Below the pieces are notes generated by a model. That model was not told where the DNA came from and did not search any database. It was given only the letters and a program-made list of their open reading frames with translations. A stretch of 64,000 nt of DNA. It comes from Sphingomicrobium sp. GTDB taxonomy: Bacteria > Pseudomonadota > Alphaproteobacteria > Sphingomonadales > Sphingomonadaceae. The position numbers and the translations under genes are program-made. The stretch is taken from NCBI GenBank assembly GCA_039931595.1, contig JBDTRT010000094.1, positions 8,467-72,466 on the forward strand, in the 5' to 3' direction. Shown here one piece after another: positions 49,521 to 58,015 of this stretch. Each line of letters begins with the position of its first letter. Position 1 is the stretch's first letter.

Positions 49521-50423
49521 TCAAGCGCCGCCAGGGACGTTGAAATATTCGGGCATGCCGCCCGGCCACACCACGCCCCATTGCGCCATGCCGCCGTCGA
49601 TCGTCAGCACTTCGCCAGTAATGAATCCCGCGGCATCCGAGCCGAGGTAGGCGGCGGCCTCGGCGATGTCCCATGCGTCGCCTAGCCGTTTCATCGGATT
49701 GGCATCCTGGAACCGCTCGAGCGCGTGCGGCGGATAGACCGCAAAGCCTTCGGTTTCGATTGTTCCCGGAGCGATGCAATTGACGCGGATCTGGAACGGC
49801 GCCCACTCGGTCGCGACCGTCTTCGACAGATAGATCACGCCCGCGCGTGCCGCGCAGGTATGCGCCGCCTGAGGCATGCCGCGCTCGACGTTGGCGACGA
49901 TATTGACGATGTTGCCGGGCTGCCCGCGATCGCGCCAGCGGCGCGCGGCCTCCTGCATCATCCACCACGTGCCGTTGAGGTTGAGGTCGACCACCGCCAG
50001 CCAGCCCTTGCGCGAAAAGTCGATCGCGTCCTGGGGGAATTGACCGCCGGCATTGTTGACCAGCATGTCGATCTGCCCGCGCCGTTCGAAAATGTCGTCG
50101 AGCAGGGCTTCGACCGCTTCCGGCTTGCGGATCGACATCGCGCAGACGTCGATCTTGCGGCCGGTCGCTTGCTCGATCGCGTCGCGTGTGGCGTTCAGTT
50201 TATCCGCGGTTCGGCCGCAGATCGTGACGTCCGCGCCGAGCCGCGCGGCGAGGATAGCAATCGCCTTGCCGATGCCCGACCCGCCGCCCGAGACCAGCCA
50301 GCTTTTGCCCTCGAGCAAATCGGGCCGGTAGATTGTCGGCCGAGCGGCCAGCTCGGCATCGCTCATCCCGAACGGCGCCGGCTCCGCGGTGTCGGACTTG
50401 GGTACGAAATTTTCCTTGTTCAC
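49521..50423 (-). CDS. SDR, peroxisomal trans-2-enoyl-CoA / 2,4-dienoyl-CoA reductase-like
   Basis: GGGSGIG, NNAGGQF, AHTCAARAG; GTGA overlap with Rieske 3. Confidence 0.85.
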   Translation of the reverse strand: MNKENFVPKSDTAEPAPFGMSDAELAARPTIYRPDLLEGKSWLVSGGGSGIGKAIAILAARLGADVTICGRTADKLNATRDAIEQATGRKIDVCAMSIRKPEAVEALLDDIFERRGQIDMLVNNAGGQFPQDAIDFSRKGWLAVVDLNLNGTWWMMQEAARRWRDRGQPGNIVNIVANVERGMPQAAHTCAARAGVIYLSKTVATEWAPFQIRVNCIAPGTIETEGFAVYPPHALERFQDANPMKRLGDAWDIAEAAAYLGSDAAGFITGEVLTIDGGMAQWGVVWPGGMPEYFNVPGGA

Positions 50424-51637
50424 CCGCGGTCCACCCAATTCTCGAGCACGGGTTCGACGCACAGGTCCGCGGCAATCCGATTGGGGCCGATCTGGCGGTC
50501 GGCCTCCTCATGATAATGGTAGATGCGGCGCTCCTGGTAACACAGCGTGATGCCCTTGAAACCGGGGCTCTCGAGCGATTCCTGGATTTGCGGCGCGAAC
50601 TGCAGATCCTCGTCGAGGATACGTTCGAAATTGGCGATGCGCTTGTCCCACAGCGGGCTGCGCCCGTCCGGCCCGTATGGCGGGCTGAACCAGTGACAGT
50701 CGATGCGCATCCGGTTGGGGCCGGTCGGCCAGAACACCAGCATTGGCATGCCGGTCGCTGATGGCGGCATGACGATGTTGGGGAAGATGAAATAGCTGAC
50801 GTTGCTGTCCCGCGGAATTTCGGTGACGGTCGGAATATCGGGCATGCCAAGCGTGCCCGGATCGACCCAGCCGGACCGCCGGTTGGGGGTCGTCATCCGC
50901 GAATGGCCGCCGGGCCATAGCGTGATCGTCGTCCCGCGATGGTCGAGGAAGCGGTCGACCGTATCCTGGTGGATCGACTTCAGATGATAGACTTCGAGGA
51001 ATGCGTCGAGCAGCACCTTGATGTTGCAGGCGACGTCGTAGCCGCGCGAATCGACCAAGGTCAGATTGTCGGGCTGAAATTGCTCGAGCTCGCCGGCGAC
51101 TGGTCCGAGCGCGTCCAGCAGCGGTACCGGTTGATCCTCATCCTGATTGACGAATATCCACCTGCCAAGCCGGTCGCACGCAACCGAAATCAGCGAGTGG
51201 CAGGCGAAGTCGATATCGACGAAATCGCGCTTGTCGCGGACCGCCACCAGCCGCCCGTCGAGCGTGTAGCTCCAGCCGTGATAGCCGCACACAAAACCGC
51301 GTCCACTGCCGGCGTCTTCCTTGACCAGCGGACCACCGCGGTGGCGGCAGGTGTTGTAATAGGCCCGGACCTGGTCATCGAGGTCGCGCACGACGATGAT
51401 CGGCGATCCGGTGTTGCGGGTCAGGAACCAGCTGCCGGGCTCGGGCAATTGGTCCATGTGTCCGGCGTAGAGCCAACTGCGCTTCCACAACCGTTCGTCC
51501 TCGAGCGCGAGAAAAGCGGGGTCGACATACCGTCCGGCGGGAACGTCGGGCATGCGCGGAAAGTCTTCGGGCGGACCTTTGCGACCGGCTTCGTAGACCA
51601 TGCCTTCGCGAATGCGCTCGATTGTCGCGGAATCCAC
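50420..51637 (-). CDS. Rieske non-heme iron oxygenase alpha subunit (3)
   Basis: CRH...CGYH; DAFLEVYHLKSIH; LDED; RBS GAAGGAAGGGG. Confidence 0.92.
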   Translation of the reverse strand: MDSATIERIREGMVYEAGRKGPPEDFPRMPDVPAGRYVDPAFLALEDERLWKRSWLYAGHMDQLPEPGSWFLTRNTGSPIIVVRDLDDQVRAYYNTCRHRGGPLVKEDAGSGRGFVCGYHGWSYTLDGRLVAVRDKRDFVDIDFACHSLISVACDRLGRWIFVNQDEDQPVPLLDALGPVAGELEQFQPDNLTLVDSRGYDVACNIKVLLDAFLEVYHLKSIHQDTVDRFLDHRGTTITLWPGGHSRMTTPNRRSGWVDPGTLGMPDIPTVTEIPRDSNVSYFIFPNIVMPPSATGMPMLVFWPTGPNRMRIDCHWFSPPYGPDGRSPLWDKRIANFERILDEDLQFAPQIQESLESPGFKGITLCYQERRIYHYHEEADRQIGPNRIAADLCVEPVLENWVDRG

Positions 51638-51687
51638 TTGCGCGCCCCTTCCTTCCAGTGCGCAACGGTCTTAATGCGCCTAGCGAA

Positions 51688-51712
51688 AAAAACAATCATG
51701 TTTGACTTTTTT
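51688..51712. promoter_or_regulatory. Palindromic operator, copy 5
   Basis: AAAAACAAT-CATG-TTTGACTTTTTT between divergent Rieske 3 and acyl-CoA dehydrogenase. Confidence 0.8.
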
Positions 51713-51756
51713 ATGGCGGCCAGTGCACAACGGTTAGAGCCGCGCACGGAGGTATA

Positions 51757-52917
51757 ATGGATTTCCGGCTGACTGACGACCAGCGTGTGCTGCAGGACGC
51801 GGCGCGGAGCTTTGCCCGAACCGAGCTGCCGGAAATCGCCGAGCAACTTGAGCGCGACAATGCGCCGCCAACCCGCGCGCTGGTCAAACGCTATGCGGCC
51901 ATGGGCTTTCTCGGTATCAACGTTCCGCAGGCGCTTGGCGGATTGGGACTGGGCAACCTTGAAGCCCTGATCGTGCTCGAGGAATTTGCCAAGATTTCCA
52001 GCGCGGTGGCCTTCCCGATTTTCGAATCGATGGTCGGTCCTGTGCGCGCAATCGAGCATTTCGCAAGCGACGAATTGAAGTTCCAGATCGTGCCCCAGGT
52101 GTGCGCGGGGGAGATGATCGTCGCGGTCGCGATGTCGGAACCCGAAGCAGGCAGCGCGCTGACCGACCTCAAGACCCGCGGGCAAGTGCGCGGTGGGACC
52201 GTGGTGCTCAACGGCACCAAGCGCTGGTGCTCGGGCGGTGGCCATGCCGATGCCTATGTCGTCTATTGCCGGCTGAGCGACGACCCCGGCGCCAAGGGCA
52301 TTGGTGCAGTGCTGGTCAATCGCGATGCGCCGGGCCTGAGCTTCGGCCCCAACGAGAATCTGATGGGCTTCCGCGGCATTCCGTCGGCCGACCTCAACTT
52401 CGACGATTGCGAAGTACCGGCGGGCAATATCATCGTTCCCGCCGGCGGCTTCAAACGGCTAATGGAGGCGTTCGACCTGGAGCGCTGCGGCAATGCGACG
52501 ATGGCGCTTGGTCAGGCGTCGGGCGCGCTCGAGGATGTCATCGCCTACGTTCAGGAGCGCAAGCAATTCGGCAAGGCGCTGGTCGAGTTCCAGGCGGTCC
52601 AGCTCAAACTCGCCGAGATGCAGATGAAGGTCGACGCGGCGCGCCTTTTGATCTGGCGCGCGGCGGTCAACGCCGAGGATGGTCTGCCGAGCGTTCTCGA
52701 CAGCTCGATTGGCAAATGCTTCGCCAATGGCATTGCGCGCGAAGTGACCGGCGATGCGCTGCAGCTGATGGGCGCTTACGGCTATTCCAAGGAGTTTCAG
52801 ATCGAGCGCCGGCTGCGCGACAGCTGGGGCTGGGGCATCGCCGGCGGCGCGATCGACATTCAAAAGGTCAATATCGCCGGCGCCATGCTCGGCCGGCGGT
52901 TCGACCAGAGACGTTGA
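51757..52917 (+). CDS. Acyl-CoA dehydrogenase (IVD/LCAD-type catalytic Glu position)
   Basis: AMSEPEAGSA, NGTKRW, FDLER, ERKQFG, GAYGY, IAGG. Confidence 0.92.
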   Translation: MDFRLTDDQRVLQDAARSFARTELPEIAEQLERDNAPPTRALVKRYAAMGFLGINVPQALGGLGLGNLEALIVLEEFAKISSAVAFPIFESMVGPVRAIEHFASDELKFQIVPQVCAGEMIVAVAMSEPEAGSALTDLKTRGQVRGGTVVLNGTKRWCSGGGHADAYVVYCRLSDDPGAKGIGAVLVNRDAPGLSFGPNENLMGFRGIPSADLNFDDCEVPAGNIIVPAGGFKRLMEAFDLERCGNATMALGQASGALEDVIAYVQERKQFGKALVEFQAVQLKLAEMQMKVDAARLLIWRAAVNAEDGLPSVLDSSIGKCFANGIAREVTGDALQLMGAYGYSKEFQIERRLRDSWGWGIAGGAIDIQKVNIAGAMLGRRFDQRR

Positions 52918-53231
52918 TGGCCTTTGAACGGGTCGCCGCTGTGTCCGATGTGCCCGATGGCACCAGCAAGGCGTTCGACATCGCCGGCCGCCAATTGCTG
53001 ATCGCACGGGCGCCGATGGGCCTGTTCGCGGTCGGCGCGATCTGCACCCACCAGCAGCAATTGCTCGAAGGCGGCAAGATGAAAGCATTCTACCTGTTTT
53101 GCCCGCTGCACGGCGTGCGTTTCGATTTGCGCGACGGCCGTCCGGCGGGAACTCTGACCGATCAACCGCTGCCGACCTGGCCGGTCAAAATCGACGGCGA
53201 CGCCATACTCGTCGATTTCGGCGACAGCTGA
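52917..53231 (+). CDS. Rieske-type ferredoxin
   Basis: CTH...CPLHG.RFDLRDG; 104 aa. Confidence 0.9.
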   Translation: MAFERVAAVSDVPDGTSKAFDIAGRQLLIARAPMGLFAVGAICTHQQQLLEGGKMKAFYLFCPLHGVRFDLRDGRPAGTLTDQPLPTWPVKIDGDAILVDFGDS

Positions 53232-53872
53232 TGCGCGTCCTCCACATCATTGGCAGCCCACGCGGGGAACGGTCGCGCTCACGCGCGCTGGCCGGCCATT
53301 TCCTCGATCATCTGACCAGCGCCGAGGTCACCGAGCTCGACTTGTGGTCGACTGCCCTGCCCGATCTCGACGGCGCCATGCTCGAAAGCCGCTACCGGCT
53401 GATCAACGGTCAGCCGGTGGAGCCAGGCTTCGAAGCGCAATGGGCGGAGTTGCGCACGCGGGTTGACCATTTGCTCAGTTTCGATCTGTGGCTGTTTTCA
53501 ACCCCGATGTGGAATTTGGGCGTGCCCTACCGGCTCAAACATTATCTCGACCTGGTGATCCAGCCGACCATGGCTTTCACCAATGATTCCTCGGGCGGGA
53601 TCGACGCGCACGGCACTGACAAAATTGCGGTCCTGATCGGCGCCGGCGCGCTCGACATCCGCCCCGAATCGCCGCTCGCCGCGCTCGATTTCCAGCTCGC
53701 CCATGTCGCGCAATGTCTGCGGGTTTATTTCGGCCTGTCCGAAATCCACGAAATCCGCGCTGCACCAACCTTCGGCGCCGCGCGAATCGTCGACCAGGCG
53801 ATGGCAACGGCGCGGATCCACGCGCAGGCGCTGGCGATCAGCCTGGCGGAGCGCGGCGGTGGACGAGGTTGA
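53231..53872 (+). CDS. FMN-dependent NADH-azoreductase-like flavodoxin
   Basis: IIGSPRGERSRS, TPMWNLGVPYRLKHYLD. Confidence 0.82.
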   Translation: MRVLHIIGSPRGERSRSRALAGHFLDHLTSAEVTELDLWSTALPDLDGAMLESRYRLINGQPVEPGFEAQWAELRTRVDHLLSFDLWLFSTPMWNLGVPYRLKHYLDLVIQPTMAFTNDSSGGIDAHGTDKIAVLIGAGALDIRPESPLAALDFQLAHVAQCLRVYFGLSEIHEIRAAPTFGAARIVDQAMATARIHAQALAISLAERGGGRG

Positions 53873-54296
53873 TCGACTTGAAGCGCAGCACCGTCGCGCC
53901 ATTCTGGTTGACCAGCCGGTATTGGGTGATCGCGGTGCCGCGGTCGTCGCGGCTGCGCGACGGGATCAGCTCGACGATCTGCGAATCGGCAATGACAATA
54001 TCGTCCGGGCGCAGCGCGTTCTCGAGGCGGAAGTCATCGAACCCGATTCCGCACACAAAATCGATGTCGCCGTTCATGCCGTGGTCGAGCTGGCGCCACA
54101 CCGCCAACACAAACACGCCGCTGGCGACGACTTCGCCGAACGCCGATTCGCGAGCGGCCTCGGGGTCGGCATGGAACCACTGCGGATCGTACGCCCGGGC
54201 AAAGGCAACCATTTCCGCGCCCGAAACCTTGCGCGGTCCCGACACGCGGGTCTCGCCAACCTCGAGGTCTTCAAATTTCCGCGGCGGGCGGATCAC
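53838..54296 (-). CDS. MaoC-like dehydratase
   Basis: YDPQWFHAD..AA...FGEVVASG hydratase motif. Confidence 0.85.
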   Translation of the reverse strand: MIRPPRKFEDLEVGETRVSGPRKVSGAEMVAFARAYDPQWFHADPEAARESAFGEVVASGVFVLAVWRQLDHGMNGDIDFVCGIGFDDFRLENALRPDDIVIADSQIVELIPSRSRDDRGTAITQYRLVNQNGATVLRFKSINLVHRRAPPG

Positions 54297-54835
54297 GCGC
54301 GATAGTCTTTCCAGCTCGGCAGCTGTTCGGGATAGTCGGCCTCGGCCGGCTGGTCATAGGCCCGCATCCGGTCGCGTCGTCCAAGAATCTCCGGGTAATC
54401 GGCCAGCGGCACATAATATAGGAACGCCAGCGCGCGCTCGGCGAAACGCCACACGCCCTGTTCCCGCCGATAGACATCGTCATAGCGCAGCGCGGTCACC
54501 ATCGTCGTTTCATTGCGCCACAATTCGGCATGGGCCGACAACAGGCCTTCAGCGCGATCGGGATCGTCGCCGAAGCGGATCCAGTGATCGTGGCTGACAT
54601 GGTTCGATGGGCCGAGCACCGCAAAGCGCTGCTGATATTGCGCGATGACCGCGTCGCGGCCGCGCGCGTCCATCACCCCGTCGCGCGAGAAGACGAGCGC
54701 GTCGGCGGTGAACAGATCAGCGACGGCGTCGAGATCATGGTTATCGATCGCGAAGCAATAGCGCGCGGCGAGCGCGCGGATCGCACTTTCGGCTTCCAGC
54801 CGGTCGATGCGCGCGGCAAGATCAGTGTTGGTCAT
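54293..54835 (-). CDS. SnoaL/NTF2-fold protein (LinA/BaiE-like)
   Basis: IDRLE..AIRAL..RYCFAID, GRDAV, SNH, YDDVYRREQGVWRF. Confidence 0.82.
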   Translation of the reverse strand: MTNTDLAARIDRLEAESAIRALAARYCFAIDNHDLDAVADLFTADALVFSRDGVMDARGRDAVIAQYQQRFAVLGPSNHVSHDHWIRFGDDPDRAEGLLSAHAELWRNETTMVTALRYDDVYRREQGVWRFAERALAFLYYVPLADYPEILGRRDRMRAYDQPAEADYPEQLPSWKDYRA

Positions 54836-54891
54836 GCTTCGAGCTTGGCCAAGCCAATCGCGCACGTCCAGCGCGAGCGGGAGGAAATCGC

Positions 54892-55692
54892 GTGAACCAA
54901 CCTCTGCAGGTCGAGCGGCGCGGCGCCGCAACTTGGCTGACCCTCAATCGTCCGGAAGCGGGCAACACCATCAATGCCGCACTGGCCGAGGCGCTTGGCG
55001 CGGCGGTGACGGACTGCGCCAGTGACCCATCGGTGCGGGTGGTGGTCATGACCGGCGCCGGCGCTTTATTCTGCGGCGGCGGCGACATACGCGCGTTCAC
55101 TGCCGGCGCTTCACCCGCCGAAGCGATCAACGCCATCACCTCGCGGCTCCACCCGGCGATCGAAGCATTCGCCGCCTTGCCCAAGCCGATCGTCACCTTG
55201 GTCAACGGCCCCGCCGCCGGCGCCGGGCTCGGTCTCGCCTTGCTCGGCGACATCGTCCTCGCCGCGCGCTCGGCCCACTTCACCTCCGCTTACACCGCCA
55301 TTGGCCTAACTCCGGACGGGGGCACGAGCTGGCTGCTGCCGCGCCTGATCGGCCTTCGCCGGGCCGAGGAAATGGTCCTGACCAACCGCCGCGTCGGTGC
55401 CGAGGAGGCTGAGCGCATCGGACTCATCACGCGCGCAGTCGATGACGATCAGCTCGCGCAAGCCGGCGCGGAAATGGCCGAACTGCTGAGCGCCAGCGCC
55501 GTCGCCGCGCTCGGCAAGGCGCGGCACTTGCTATCGACCAGCCTGGCGCGAAGCCTCGCCGACCACCTGGCCCTCGAAGCCCAAACCATCGCGGCCAGCG
55601 CTGCCACGCCCGAGGGACGCGAAGGCGTCGCCAGTTTCCTCGAGAAGCGAAAACCCAAGTATCACCCAGCGATCGGCGAGCCCGAAGCTTAG
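54892..55692 (+). CDS. Crotonase-family enzyme, PaaG-like enoyl-CoA isomerase
   Basis: LNRPEAGN, FCGGGD, GAGLGLAL, GLTPDGG (Asp-type, lacks both hydratase Glu), FLEKRKP. Confidence 0.87.
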   Translation: MNQPLQVERRGAATWLTLNRPEAGNTINAALAEALGAAVTDCASDPSVRVVVMTGAGALFCGGGDIRAFTAGASPAEAINAITSRLHPAIEAFAALPKPIVTLVNGPAAGAGLGLALLGDIVLAARSAHFTSAYTAIGLTPDGGTSWLLPRLIGLRRAEEMVLTNRRVGAEEAERIGLITRAVDDDQLAQAGAEMAELLSASAVAALGKARHLLSTSLARSLADHLALEAQTIAASAATPEGREGVASFLEKRKPKYHPAIGEPEA

Positions 55693-55702
55693 GGACTTGT
55701 CG

Positions 55703-57751
55703 TCATCGAGAATGGTTCGAAGATGCCACCGGAGCGCGCGCGAATTTGAGGCCGATCCACAGCGTTCGGGGAATCGCCCGCTCGACAATATCGGTTGCGC
55801 TGCGGGCCGCTTCGACCCGCGCATCGAACATATTCTCGGCCCTCAGATCGAGCGCCAATTGGCCGGTCAATGGAATGCTTGCCGCGGCATCGAACGTCGC
55901 CGTGCCATGCAGCCGGCGATCTTCGACATCGCCGTCAAACTGGCTCGACACGTATCGCCCGGTAAGGGACAGGTTGAGGCGCTTGGCCGGCGCCCAGCCC
56001 AATGTTGCTGATCCGCTATGCCTGGGCAACTGGGCCGGTCGCCGACCGTCCAGCGCGGCGGAAGTGCCCGAAGCTCGCACGCGCGCATCGGTGATGGCGT
56101 AGGACAGCGACCAATTAACTGACCCGTGCGATCCGCGCAGGTCCAGCTCGACGCCCTTTGAATCCACGGCGTCGACATTCTCGCGCATCCGGTAGGTTCC
56201 GCCGGCGCCGACAAAGCCGACACCGGGGAATATGCCCGGCCCTTGCGCCAATGCGACATTGGCGATGGCGTGGTTGAGCCGCTGCGAGAACAAGGTGACT
56301 GCAGCCGACCCCGCCGGACCGAGTTGGAAATCGGCGCCAACCTCGCCGCCGGCGCTCGTTTCCGGCTGGAGCGCTGCGTTGGCGGCGGTGGCGTCGCTGC
56401 CAACCCTGAACGGCCGATAAAGCTCATTCAGGGTCGGCAATCGCCAACCGCTGCACAGCGCGCCGCGGACCCCGATGCCGTGTTCACCATGCCAGCCGAT
56501 GGCTGCGCGGCCTGACGGCTGCCAACCCGATCGGGTTGGAAAGACGTCGTTGTTGAGCACGGCGCCGCCGATCACCTGCTGCACGAACGAGCCCCCGCCA
56601 ATCCGCCAATGGTCGACCCGGCCGGCGAGACTGGCGACCAGTCCGCCGCGGGCCACCGTCGCGTCGGCGAAGGCCCCGGCGGTCAGGTTGCGACCGCCTG
56701 CCTCGCGCTCGCGTTGCGGATCGCCGGCGACGAACTGGTAATGTTCCTGGGTGCGGCCGCGGACCAGCCGTGCATCGCCGCCGAGCCGAAGCCGGATCGG
56801 CCCGACCCGCGGCTCGATCTCGGCGCGGGCACCCCAGCCGGTTGAAGGCACATGATATTGGTCGTTGACCAGGGTTGCGCTGGCCCTGGCGGGATCGACC
56901 GACGCCGACTGGCTGGCGAACACACGGCGCTGTCCATAAGCGAGCAGCGACCATTTGGTTGCACCGGTTGCGACCATCCGCAGCGACCCGTCGAAGCCTT
57001 TGCCGCGATTGGCGGTAAACGGCACGCCGCGGTCGCGACGATCGTCGAATGCCGACAGATTGGCCTGGAGCTCGATTGCCGCAGCGACCTGGACGACGCC
57101 GCGGATCGCGCCCGAAGATTGGCGATAGGGCGCGGGTCGGTCGACCGGTCCGCGGTCCCCGGCGACAATCGGGATGAAGCCGTCGCCGCGCGCAAATGCC
57201 CCCGACATGGCGACGAACGCATTGCGGTTGGACAGCAAAAGCGAACCGCGGCCGTCCACACTGTCGCGGCTGCCGATCGCGACTCCGGCTTCGACGTCCC
57301 CGACTTCAGCCGGGGTCGCGCTTTCAAGTTCTACCACTCCGGAAACCGCGCCTGGCCCCCACAATGCGCTGCCACCGCCGCGGGTGACCCGGATCAGCCC
57401 GAGACGGTCGGGCGCGATCGCCGGAAAGCTGATCCAGCCGCCGAACGGGTCCGATTGGGGCACGCCGTCGAGAATCAATTGCGCGCGGCTCGAGGCATTG
57501 CCGCCCAGGCCGCGCAGGATGATCGACTGGCTGGTGGCGTTGGCTGAGCGCGAATCGGAGCGGCGGAAACCGTGCAGCCCGGCGACGTCACGCAGCACGT
57601 CTTCGAGCCGGCCACTGGCCGATTGCCCGATCCGCTTGCGGTCGATGCGGATGACATCAAGCACCGCGTCCTCGCGGATTTCGGACAAGCCACGGCCGGT
57701 CACGACAATCGCCGGTGGATCCGGTGGTAGGGCGGTGATGGCCATGCCCAT
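55703..57751 (-). CDS. TonB-dependent receptor (short, BtuB-like plug)
   Basis: IVVTGRG, LRGLGGNASSR, LDGVP, RLPTLNELYR, ENMFD. Confidence 0.85.
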   Translation of the reverse strand: MGMAITALPPDPPAIVVTGRGLSEIREDAVLDVIRIDRKRIGQSASGRLEDVLRDVAGLHGFRRSDSRSANATSQSIILRGLGGNASSRAQLILDGVPQSDPFGGWISFPAIAPDRLGLIRVTRGGGSALWGPGAVSGVVELESATPAEVGDVEAGVAIGSRDSVDGRGSLLLSNRNAFVAMSGAFARGDGFIPIVAGDRGPVDRPAPYRQSSGAIRGVVQVAAAIELQANLSAFDDRRDRGVPFTANRGKGFDGSLRMVATGATKWSLLAYGQRRVFASQSASVDPARASATLVNDQYHVPSTGWGARAEIEPRVGPIRLRLGGDARLVRGRTQEHYQFVAGDPQREREAGGRNLTAGAFADATVARGGLVASLAGRVDHWRIGGGSFVQQVIGGAVLNNDVFPTRSGWQPSGRAAIGWHGEHGIGVRGALCSGWRLPTLNELYRPFRVGSDATAANAALQPETSAGGEVGADFQLGPAGSAAVTLFSQRLNHAIANVALAQGPGIFPGVGFVGAGGTYRMRENVDAVDSKGVELDLRGSHGSVNWSLSYAITDARVRASGTSAALDGRRPAQLPRHSGSATLGWAPAKRLNLSLTGRYVSSQFDGDVEDRRLHGTATFDAAASIPLTGQLALDLRAENMFDARVEAARSATDIVERAIPRTLWIGLKFARAPVASSNHSR

Positions 57752-57878
57752 GTTGTTCAGATTTTCCCAACAGTCGACACCGCGGGATCACTTTTTGCGC
57801 GATCGACAAGGTCGCCGAAAGTGCGGCCGACCGCACCCCGTTTTGCCAAACGAGCGCGAGCAGCGGCGATTCAAGATC

Positions 57879-57971
57879 TGGCGGAGACGGAGGGATTCGA
57901 ACCCTCGGTACGAGTAAACCCCGTACGGCGGTTTAGCAAACCGCTGGTTTCAGCCACTCACCCACGTCTCC
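57879..57971 (-). tRNA. tRNA-Ser(GCT)
   Basis: Reverse complement GGAGACGTGGGTGAGTGGCTGAAACCAGCGGTTTGCTAAACCGCC...GGTTCGAATCCCTCCGTCTCCGCCA; long variable arm, encoded CCA. Confidence 0.97.
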
Positions 57972-58015
57972 GAACAGCGGCAGACCGCGGGCTATAGTGG
58001 CCGCGTGTCGGAGGT

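Noticed and set aside
54293-54835. NTF2-fold gene as the missing Rieske beta subunit
   Set aside because: Motifs fit SnoaL/LinA/BaiE-like proteins; it is coupled to MaoC and not adjacent to any alpha subunit.
57879-57900. tRNA-Ser 3' end as the integration site of the catabolic island
   Set aside because: No duplicated tRNA 3' end was found by eye elsewhere in the window, and there is no integrase.
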